Assembly (NCBI GenBank): GCA_048938295.1 | Contig: JBHLMI010000021.1 | Coordinates: 1-32,000 of the forward strand | Reading direction: 5' to 3' | DNA length: 32,000 nt | Source: Promethearchaeota archaeon | GTDB lineage: Archaea; Asgardarchaeota; Hermodarchaeia; Hermodarchaeales; Hermodarchaeaceae | Shown: positions 18,263 to 25,447 of the stretch, in pieces | Layout of the letters: each line of letters opens with the position of its first letter | Position numbering within the stretch: position 1 is the stretch's first letter | The notes under the pieces: generated by a model | The model's database searches: none | Seen by the model: only the letters and a program-made list of their open reading frames with translations | What the model was told of the DNA's origin: nothing | Translations under genes and position numbers: made by a program

Positions 18263-18796
18263 ATGGATCCGTGGCTGATAATTGGGTATATCGTTATTAT
18301 CATTCTCCTCTTCATCATTGCTGTAATCACCTCAGCTCTTTGGCCAACAGTAATTGGGGCAGTGTGGATACCGACTCCACGAGAAACTGCGCGAAAGATG
18401 TTGGAGTTAGCCAAGGTAACCCCTGAAGATACCGTCGTTGATTTGGGATCAGGAGATGGACGGATCATTGTCATGGCTGCAGAAGAGTTCGGTGCTACAG
18501 CCTTGGGTATTGAAGCCGATCCGTTGCGTGTGTTGTGGTCACGGAGTATCATTTGGCGCCATGGTCTGAGAGATAGGGTGAAGGTGGTGTGGGGGAATTT
18601 CTATTCACAAAGTATCGCTGCGGCTACTGTGGTGACGGTGTTTCAGGGTCAGGCGATTAATAAAAATCTGCAGTCCAAATTGTCAATTGAGCTGAAACCC
18701 GGCACACGTGTGGTCTCCTATTCCTTCTCCTTCGAAGATTGGGACCCGGTGGAGACGCAGAAAAAACCCAATCTCTACCTTTATGTAATCGGATAG
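18263..18796 (+). CDS. Membrane-anchored SAM methyltransferase, FAM173/aKMT-like protein lysine methyltransferase
   Basis: N-terminal TM helix, VWIPTP, VVDLGSGDGRI, GIEAD and LKPGTRVVSYSF; ATG at 18263 preferred over 18113. Confidence 0.8.
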   Translation: MDPWLIIGYIVIIILLFIIAVITSALWPTVIGAVWIPTPRETARKMLELAKVTPEDTVVDLGSGDGRIIVMAAEEFGATALGIEADPLRVLWSRSIIWRHGLRDRVKVVWGNFYSQSIAAATVVTVFQGQAINKNLQSKLSIELKPGTRVVSYSFSFEDWDPVETQKKPNLYLYVIG

Positions 18797-18877
18797 AGTG
18801 TCCTTTTCTCGCCTTAAATAGGCTCACCCGGAAACTTCCTGTATTGGATCGCTAAGAAGCAGCGAGGTATGACTGGG

Positions 18878-19075
18878 TTAAACTTTGTGAACTTTGGCGG
18901 CTTTAGGACGGCCGTTGCCTTCTTTGAGTTCGAAGGTGACTTGATCTCCGGTATTGAGAGAGGTGCCTTCTTCGATATCGTCGCCATGGACGAAGACATC
19001 GGCATCACCATTTTCGCGTTCAATAAACCCATAGTTGCTCTCTGGATTAAACCATTTGATTTTACCGTTTTCCAT
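18878..19075 (-). CDS. csp: Cold-shock domain protein
   Basis: GKIKWFN, NYGFI (RNP1), DVFVH (RNP2) and [14 protein letters not shown]; ATG at 19075 (alternative 19084). Confidence 0.92.
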   Translation of the reverse strand: MENGKIKWFNPESNYGFIERENGDADVFVHGDDIEEGTSLNTGDQVTFELKEGNGRPKAAKVHKV

Positions 19076-19186
19076 TGAAATCATCTTGATTGTTTGGATT
19101 GGGTGTAGCATGATATCTCATGAGCTAGTTTTCACGAAAAATCGAAACTAGTTCTATTTGATATTGCGGAAACGCCAGGGATTTCG

Positions 19187-19201
19187 CTTAAAGTTCTTTC
19201 G
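19187..19201 (-). promoter_or_regulatory. Putative BRE-TATA promoter of csp
   Basis: Minus-strand CGAAAGAAC-TTTAAG, ~110 nt upstream of the csp ATG. Confidence 0.5.
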
Positions 19202-19258
19202 AATGTGTACCATCATCAAGAAAATGGTTTGAATTCCGAATATTAGACTCAACAACCA

Positions 19259-19744
19259 CTAAAGCTTGTTGAGCAGTGGACGAAGCTTTGTGAATTGGGG
19301 ATCAGTTTGAATAGTTGATAGAAGCTCCCCTGATAGTGAGTGATCGATTGCAGCTTTGAGTTGTTTAATCGCCTTCTCAGTTTGTCCGAGCTCAATGAGT
19401 GTTAGGGCGTGGTGGAGATAGATGGTGGGAGAAGCGTCGTTGAGCTTGGCGGCCTTGGCATAACATTCTTCGGCTTGTTTCCACTGACCGAGGATAATAT
19501 GGAGGTAGCCAAGGTTATTCCAATGTTGAGGATTTTCGGGATCGAGTCGGGCACTCCGTTGAGCCGTTAAAAGGGCATGTTGGGGCTGTTGATATTGTTG
19601 GTAAATAGTGGTGAGAAAGGTGAGGAGTTCGAGGTTGTTTCGGTCTTCTTCAAGGAGTTTTAAAAGTTGTTGTTTCGCCCTTTCTGGATTACCACCTGCG
19701 AGGGCGGCGATTGACCGCTGGAATAGGTCATTCTCGGCTCCCAA
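19259..19744 (-). CDS. TPR-repeat protein
   Basis: ARLDPENPQHWNNLGYLH..LGQW.QA..CY.KA and YLHHALTL..LG...KA; TTG start uncertain. Confidence 0.8.
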   Translation of the reverse strand: MGAENDLFQRSIAALAGGNPERAKQQLLKLLEEDRNNLELLTFLTTIYQQYQQPQHALLTAQRSARLDPENPQHWNNLGYLHIILGQWKQAEECYAKAAKLNDASPTIYLHHALTLIELGQTEKAIKQLKAAIDHSLSGELLSTIQTDPQFTKLRPLLNKL

Positions 19745-19953
19745 GCCATCACCTGACCCATATTATAAGAGGGTGATGAATTTTAAGGACTATTTGTTTC
19801 TACGATTCACCGAAGCATTCTTGGTGAAATCGCAATAAGCGGAGAATTGAATCGGCTTATTCTGAAGCTGCTCATCGAATCAAAAAGTCTAAGGCATTAA
19901 TACCCCTGTATTTCTAAGGTGTACTTTTCTATCTCTACTAGAGTTGATTCAAA

Positions 19954-20805
19954 ATGGTACTGCGAAACATTGCTCAAGATGATCCAGAGATTGAGCAGTT
20001 CAAAGAACAAATTAAGCACTACACGGAACAAGTCGAGGCCCTTGGTTTCGGTTACCAGTTGTATCTGAACGACGACCAGATTGTGGCGTTGGCGGTAATT
20101 GGCAAAGAACCGATGCAACTATTCAAACCCGTTGGCACACCCCTGATTCGACTGTATGTAATTAATTACGACCAACCGATCAACATCCTTACTGCGCTAG
20201 CAGATGATCTATTATTGCTAGCGAAGAAGCGCTCCGTGGACTTTGCTTACCTGGATATCCCAGCTAGCCGCAAAGAGTTGGCCTCATACTTCCGAAAGAT
20301 TGGGTTTGAGGAACTTGCTAATCGGTTTGAAATGACGCTACCACTCAATGATTCCATAGAGGTTACGAATCTGCTCCGATATGAACAGATCAAACGGAAG
20401 GATGTGGACCAGTTTTTCGATTGCATGAAGGAATTCATGCGTGGATCGCCGGATGCCGTGCTGAATTTAGTTTTGGAGAATTTCAAGAACGTCCCAGAGG
20501 TTTTGCTAGATTATTGGTATGAAAGCGAGAAGGCGTATTTCGTTTACTGTGACGATGAGTTAATTGGAATTTTAGATTTGGCGCCAGAACAGAGTTATAT
20601 CCAGAATATTGGAGTGGCTCCGGCTTATCGTGGCAAGGGATACGGTACGGAGATGCTCCGGTTTTGCTTGAAACTGTTTAAGGACGGAGGCGGCGAAACT
20701 GCAAGTCTTGGAGTACATGTGGATAACAAGCAAGCCATCCACGTCTATGAGAAATTAGGCTTTACGATTGCGAAGCAGACGCAGACCCTTGTATGGTGGA
20801 AATAA
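19954..20805 (+). CDS. GNAT N-acetyltransferase with additional N-terminal domain
   Basis: IGVAPAYRGKGYG acetyl-CoA motif, L.V...N..AI.VYEKLGF. Confidence 0.85.
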   Translation: MVLRNIAQDDPEIEQFKEQIKHYTEQVEALGFGYQLYLNDDQIVALAVIGKEPMQLFKPVGTPLIRLYVINYDQPINILTALADDLLLLAKKRSVDFAYLDIPASRKELASYFRKIGFEELANRFEMTLPLNDSIEVTNLLRYEQIKRKDVDQFFDCMKEFMRGSPDAVLNLVLENFKNVPEVLLDYWYESEKAYFVYCDDELIGILDLAPEQSYIQNIGVAPAYRGKGYGTEMLRFCLKLFKDGGGETASLGVHVDNKQAIHVYEKLGFTIAKQTQTLVWWK

Positions 20806-20981
20806 CTCGAGTATGTTAATCTCTAAGGAGATCTTCGTAGGGTTACCTTCAAGCGGTTTCCTGCTGATAAACGTGTGAGTACCGTGTAATTGCACTGTCA
20901 CTTTCCTGCCTGTCTCTGTCTATTTTTAACTCGGCTTGGATTTTCTAATGTGAAACGACTAGCTCTTAGTAGGCCTATTGT

Positions 20982-22082
20982 ATGTCGCGATGGCTGTTTC
21001 ATGTTGATATGGATGCCTTCTTTGCCTCGGTGGAACAGTATCGACTGCATCCCGAGTTCATCGGAGAGCCGTTGTGCGTTGGTCCTGACCCGAAGAAAGG
21101 GCAACGACGGGGTGTTGTTCGGGTCGCCTCCTATGAGGCTCGCGCGTACGGAATTCATGCGGGAATGCCGGTGACAAAAGCCTATAGCCTGTGCCCTGAC
21201 GCTGTGTTTGTATTCGGAGCGTTTTCAAATTATGTAGAAGCTTCTGATGAAGTCATGGAGGTGCTCCAAGACTTTGCTGATGAGCGACGCATCCGGAAGG
21301 CTAGTATTGATGAAGCGTACCTTGAGGTTACAGAACGGGTAAAACAGTACAATAGTCCTAAGGAGTTGGCATTGGAAGTTCAACGTGCAATCAAAGAAGA
21401 AACCAAGCTGCCTTGTTCGATTGGTATTGCACCGAATATGGCGGTGGCGAAGATTGCGACGGAGCAGAACAAACCGCTAGGCATTACTCTTGTTCCGCAA
21501 GATCCGGTATCGGTAGCCAAATTCTTAGCGCCATTGAATGTCACAGCGATTAATGGCATCGGACGTGTGACCGGGAACCATCTGAAAAAGCATGGCATTA
21601 CCACATTAGGTCAAATCCAGCAGATGTCTCTACAGGAGCTATTACCGGTATTCGGAAAGGGAGCCAAGTGGTTATCGGACCGCGCGTGGGGTATTGATAA
21701 CCGAGGAATTGTGCGTACCGGTCCTTGGCGACGGAGATCCATGGGCAATGAACGGACTTTTCCGAAGGATGTGGACTCCAAATCCATGAACGTGGCATTG
21801 GAAACTCTTGAAGGATTGTCTTCACACATTTGCCAGCGACTCCAGTTGAAGTCTTATCATTTCCGAACTGTGACGGTGAAAATCCGGTATCGGGACTTTA
21901 CCACGATGCAACGGAGTCGAACATTACCAGTTAGCACGAATGATGGGAACACCTTATCGAAGACTGTGACCTCGTTGTTTGAGGAGCATCGGAAACCGGA
22001 TACACCGTTACGATTGGTGGGTGTCCGTGTTACCAATCTTACACGAATGACTGGTCAAGCCAGCCTATCCGATTATGTCTAA
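20982..22082 (+). CDS. dinB: Y-family DNA polymerase IV (DinB/Dpo4)
   Basis: HVDMDAFFASVEQ, ASYEARAYG, SIDEAYLE, CSIGIAPN..VAKIA, GIG..T and RTVTVKIRY.DF little-finger domain. Confidence 0.96.
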   Translation: MSRWLFHVDMDAFFASVEQYRLHPEFIGEPLCVGPDPKKGQRRGVVRVASYEARAYGIHAGMPVTKAYSLCPDAVFVFGAFSNYVEASDEVMEVLQDFADERRIRKASIDEAYLEVTERVKQYNSPKELALEVQRAIKEETKLPCSIGIAPNMAVAKIATEQNKPLGITLVPQDPVSVAKFLAPLNVTAINGIGRVTGNHLKKHGITTLGQIQQMSLQELLPVFGKGAKWLSDRAWGIDNRGIVRTGPWRRRSMGNERTFPKDVDSKSMNVALETLEGLSSHICQRLQLKSYHFRTVTVKIRYRDFTTMQRSRTLPVSTNDGNTLSKTVTSLFEEHRKPDTPLRLVGVRVTNLTRMTGQASLSDYV

Positions 22083-22165
22083 GTGATGGGATGCAAACAT
22101 TCATTCAGGACTCCAGACCTAGGATACCCCTGGTGGTTGACGTGTACTTCAAGGGTCTGTCCACG

Positions 22166-22423
22166 ATGTTAGATGAACCTGGTGACTCCTATCCCCGGCG
22201 ATCTGAGTTGAAAATCATTCGGGGAAAAACTCTTACGAAAACTCCGAGCTGGCATAAGGCCATCGTGTTAGTTGAACTAGCGAAAGGGCGTCAGCTACGG
22301 TTAGTGGGATGGCAGTTGAATAAAGATGGCGAGTGGCGAATGCGCCAGAAATTCAATATCTCCAAGGGGTATGCGTTGAACATTGCAGAAATCTGTGAAG
22401 CCTTTGCGAATGAATGGGAATAG
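22166..22423 (+). CDS. Small protein, PC4/YdbC-like ssDNA-binding fold (tentative)
   Basis: W-H-K-A-I-V-L-V...L-R-L-V-G-W...GEW..RQKFNIS followed by a C-terminal helix resembles the YdbC/PC4 pattern; start 22166 or 22091. Confidence 0.5.
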   Translation: MLDEPGDSYPRRSELKIIRGKTLTKTPSWHKAIVLVELAKGRQLRLVGWQLNKDGEWRMRQKFNISKGYALNIAEICEAFANEWE

Positions 22424-22440
22424 CATGGAAGGTGAAACTG

Positions 22441-22923
22441 GTGGCGAAGATCTTGGTTGTGTATGATTCAGAAACAGGAAATACGGAAAAGATGGCGAAA
22501 GCCGTAGAAAAAGGAGTCTTAGAAGTTGAAGGAATAACGGTTGAGTTGAAACGGGCAAGGGACACAACAAACGACGATTTGCTTGCCGCGGATGGCATTA
22601 TTGCTGGCTCCCCGGTCTACTATGGGCTCATGTCGGCTTCGTTGAAACAGGTCTTTGATGCCTCCGTGAAGATTCATGGCAAACTTGATGGAAAAGTGGG
22701 TGGTGCTTTTGCGTCAAGTGGTGGGATTGCTACGGGCGCTGAAACAACCATATTGTCCATTGTGGAAGCGATGTTAGTACATGGGATGATCGTTCAGGGG
22801 AATGCTAGAGGTGCCATGCAACACTATGGAGCAGCAGCCAAAGGTGCTCCCGATGAGAAGGAGCAAATGGCCTGTCAACATCTTGGGACCCGTGTGGCAC
22901 GCCTTTTAATGCGGCTAAAGTAG
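22441..22923 (+). CDS. WrbA-like flavodoxin-fold NAD(P)H:quinone oxidoreductase
   Basis: VVYDSETGNTEKMA, DGIIAGSPVYYG and GKVGGAFASSGG...GAET; GTG at 22441 after GGTGA. Confidence 0.85.
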   Translation: MAKILVVYDSETGNTEKMAKAVEKGVLEVEGITVELKRARDTTNDDLLAADGIIAGSPVYYGLMSASLKQVFDASVKIHGKLDGKVGGAFASSGGIATGAETTILSIVEAMLVHGMIVQGNARGAMQHYGAAAKGAPDEKEQMACQHLGTRVARLLMRLK

Positions 22924-22935
22924 AGGAGCTAGGTA

Positions 22936-23423
22936 TTACGAAGCTGTATGAGATAGCGTATAGCTTCGCCGACGAATTAGGGCTAGCCCAATTACTCCTA
23001 GCAGCCCGATGGCAATGGCTGCTAGCGGAAAGCCCAGAATAGCAGGTGGTGGTTGGGTTTGTAATCCGCCACAGAGGAGACGGTAATTTGACGTCTGATT
23101 TGACCCGAGATACTACAGATTGCTATAACTTGGAGGATGTCATCGTCTTCCGCATATATGTTGAATGTGTCCGTCATCGACGAGGTCGAAGCTTGACTTG
23201 TATAGGTGTGGTTCATGGCAAAGACACCATTTTTGTTAATGATGATTTCCTCAATATAGGGGGTGTCTGCCACTGAATGAAATATAGTAACTGTAAGAAT
23301 TTAGTTGTCGTAGTCATAACTGAGCGTCATATTTGAAGAGGCATGAGCTGGAACTGGAGTGATGCAAAATAAGAATAAGGTAATGGTGCAAAGAATACCT
23401 AACAGGAGAAGCGATTTTCTTAT
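22936..23423 (-). pseudogene. Inactivated secreted surface-protein gene with PGF-like C-terminal tail
   Basis: Reconstructed: (ATA for M)RKSLLLLGILCTITLFLFCITPVPAHA signal peptide; in-frame TAA at 23301-23303; body ILTVTIFHSVADTPYIEEII..AICSISG; 1-bp frameshift near 23071; tail QPPPAILGFPLAAIAIGLLGVIGLALIRRRS; stop at 22936. Confidence 0.85.
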
Positions 23424-23601
23424 TGAGTAATTGCTTCCAATAAGACTTGATTATTCTTGACTTCTCCTGTTAAGAACCTTGAGGTTACCGATAGCAGTAA
23501 TTTACTATTATCGTTTGATTCTGTGATTTATCTAAATCAATCACAGAATATGGGTGTAACCCTACACCCTCTATCCCGTCTACCGATGAGGCTTTCGGGA
23601 C
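23400..23601. other. Block of consecutive inverted repeats (candidate structured RNA or DNA hairpin element)
   Basis: Stems: 23400-23411/23461-23472 (12 bp, perfect) enclosing 23418-23425/23438-23445 (8 bp); 23475-23486; 23489-23513; 23518-23549; 23552-23569; 23574-23600. Confidence 0.6.
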
Positions 23602-23631
23602 TGCTTCCATCAATTGGGTTTCAAAAATAAG

Positions 23632-23639
23632 TATATAAA
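23632..23639. promoter_or_regulatory. TATA box (TATATAAA on +, TTTATATA on -), potentially bidirectional
   Basis: Lies 50 nt upstream of ATG 23689 and ~30 nt from the end of the hairpin block. Confidence 0.6.
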
Positions 23640-23688
23640 GTCACTATTTTTTTGTCTTACTAGTGAAATGTCTTGATGGAGGGTTACT

Positions 23689-24054
23689 ATGCGATTACGT
23701 ACGCCTCAATGGATTCAGCTAGAAGAAGTTGTGTTTGAGAATCCTGGAGATGAGATTTCTGGGTTAGTGATTGGAAAATTATTCCGGAAGGCACGGTTCG
23801 GGGAAATCCCCGTTTTTCTCCTCTACGATGTCGAAAAAAGCCGCATAATCGCTATTCAGGCGTGGGCGAAGATGCTGCGGAATTATCTTCAGGGTGGTTC
23901 GGGTCGAACAGGCGTACGGATGGGCGAATACATCACCATCACTTACCAAGGACGGAAGGCCAAGAAAAAACCGCCTGGAACATTTTATCATGTGTTTCGT
24001 CGAACGAGGAGCCATTATATTTCTAAACAGTATACATATCCCGAGAAAAAGTGA
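23689..24054 (+). CDS. Small basic protein, virus/plasmid-type OB-fold ssDNA-binding-like (tentative)
   Basis: FENPGDEISG...GEIPVFLL...W.KML...G.YITITYQG.K....Y.VF pattern; GGAGG before ATG. Confidence 0.5.
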   Translation: MRLRTPQWIQLEEVVFENPGDEISGLVIGKLFRKARFGEIPVFLLYDVEKSRIIAIQAWAKMLRNYLQGGSGRTGVRMGEYITITYQGRKAKKKPPGTFYHVFRRTRSHYISKQYTYPEKK

Positions 24055-24080
24055 GTAGAGTCCTGTTAAGGTGATCTGTA

Positions 24081-24914
24081 TTGGTTATGGTTGTAAAATG
24101 GGACGGACGAAACGAAGAGTTTGATCCAAGTAAAATCGTTCGAACGTTGACTCGAATGGGAGCGCCTCAAAACGTTGCGGAAGAGATAGCAGATGACCTG
24201 GAAGACCACATTGAGGAGGGGATGACGACCAAGGAAATCTATGACATGGCAGTGACTGAACTTGAAACCCATAAAGAGGTCGTAGAATTTCGTCGCGATC
24301 TTCGCGATGGGCTAGCACGGATTGGCAGCGGCTTTATCTTCGAAGATTACGTACGCTTGCTCCTCGAAGAATACGGATATAAAGTGTCAGGAAATGTGGT
24401 AATTCAGGGGGCGTGCGTTAACCACGAAATCGACAGCATCGCGGAAAGAAACGGGGAAACCGTGTATGTGGAAATGAAACACCACAGCGTGTTGGAGCGG
24501 TACACCCCCTTCGAAGTGACATTAGCGGCAAAGGCAAAATGGGACGATTTGCAGGCCGGTTGTGACCAAGGATTAAATGATTGTAAATTTGACCGAGTTC
24601 TCATTGTGACGAATACGCGATTAACCCAACATGCTCAACGCTACGCCGAGTGTGTGGGAATGGAGCACTTTGGTTGGAACTCACCACGCGGTCGTGGGAT
24701 CGAGTGGTTCATCGAAAACAAGAAACTGTATCCTATAACGATTTTGAGAACAATGAACGATGAAGAAAGGGATCAGTTGTATTCTCACAACATCCTAACA
24801 CTTCGACAATTAGTCAATGCAGATCCAAAATCAGCGGGATTGTCGGAAAAACGTGTTAAAGAGCTGATTGATGAGACGCATCGTGTCTTTACTTGTTGCC
24901 AAGCAGATTCGTAG
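24081..24914 (+). CDS. ATP-cone domain + Mrr-like PD-(D/E)xK endonuclease + C-terminal helical domain
   Basis: VVKWDGRNEEFDPSKI.RTL.RMGA ATP-cone; G..FE.YV..LLEEYGY, HEIDSIAE...VYVEMKHH nuclease motifs; AGGTGA upstream. Confidence 0.8.
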   Translation: MVMVVKWDGRNEEFDPSKIVRTLTRMGAPQNVAEEIADDLEDHIEEGMTTKEIYDMAVTELETHKEVVEFRRDLRDGLARIGSGFIFEDYVRLLLEEYGYKVSGNVVIQGACVNHEIDSIAERNGETVYVEMKHHSVLERYTPFEVTLAAKAKWDDLQAGCDQGLNDCKFDRVLIVTNTRLTQHAQRYAECVGMEHFGWNSPRGRGIEWFIENKKLYPITILRTMNDEERDQLYSHNILTLRQLVNADPKSAGLSEKRVKELIDETHRVFTCCQADS

Positions 24915-25004
24915 CTACTTCAAATGTTACCAACACGAAAGTCTTTTGTTGAAGTTCAGTAGGATAGGGCGGTGGTTACTAATCCTCGATAGGTGAAACT
25001 TATT

Positions 25005-25385
25005 ATGGAAACTCTAGATGTTGGAAAACTCTTAGTGCGCATCGGTGCGCTTCTCATTATCATTGCAGGCTTTGTACAAATCGGTGAATACGCAATTTAC
25101 ATTGTTATGGATTTCTTTAACTACGGATATACTGGTCCCTGGATGATGTTCTGGTTATCAACAGGGGTGGTAGCAGTCGTCTTCGGATTTCTAGTTATGT
25201 TCTCCTTCCTCCGGATGATTGACAAAAATCATGTCACGGCATCGATTCTCATCATCATCTTCGGGATTTTAGGGGCTGTATTCGCTGCTGAGTGGGCGAT
25301 CATTGGCGCTCCTGGCGCCATTCTATGTTTGGCTGGAGCAATTCTTTTCTTCGTTGAAATGGGAAGCACAAACGGAGGAGCTTAG
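25005..25385 (+). CDS. Small 4-TM membrane protein
   Basis: Four hydrophobic segments; AGGTGA upstream of ATG 25005. Confidence 0.65.
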   Translation: METLDVGKLLVRIGALLIIIAGFVQIGEYAIYIVMDFFNYGYTGPWMMFWLSTGVVAVVFGFLVMFSFLRMIDKNHVTASILIIIFGILGAVFAAEWAIIGAPGAILCLAGAILFFVEMGSTNGGA

Positions 25386-25408
25386 GCTCCTTCCTCCACT
25401 CTTTTTTT
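25374..25408 (+). terminator. Hairpin plus T-tract after the membrane-protein gene
   Basis: GGAGC-TTAG-GCTCC stem across the stop codon, followed by TTTTTTT at 25402-25408. Confidence 0.45.
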
Positions 25409-25447
25409 ATTCATGGAAAGGTTGCACTTGTTTGAGGCTAGTCGCCC

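Noticed and set aside
23301-23303. In-frame stop as Sec/Pyl recoding
   Set aside because: The codon is TAA, and the gene also has a frameshift and lost start, so decay is the simpler explanation.
23583-23601. CCGATGAG..CGGGAC as a hammerhead ribozyme core
   Set aside because: It lacks the invariant CUGA (reads CCGA) and the GAAA core strand.
22900-24950. Integrated virus or transposon around the OB-fold gene
   Set aside because: No integrase, transposase, tRNA att site, terminal inverted repeats with target duplication, or structural genes were recognisable.
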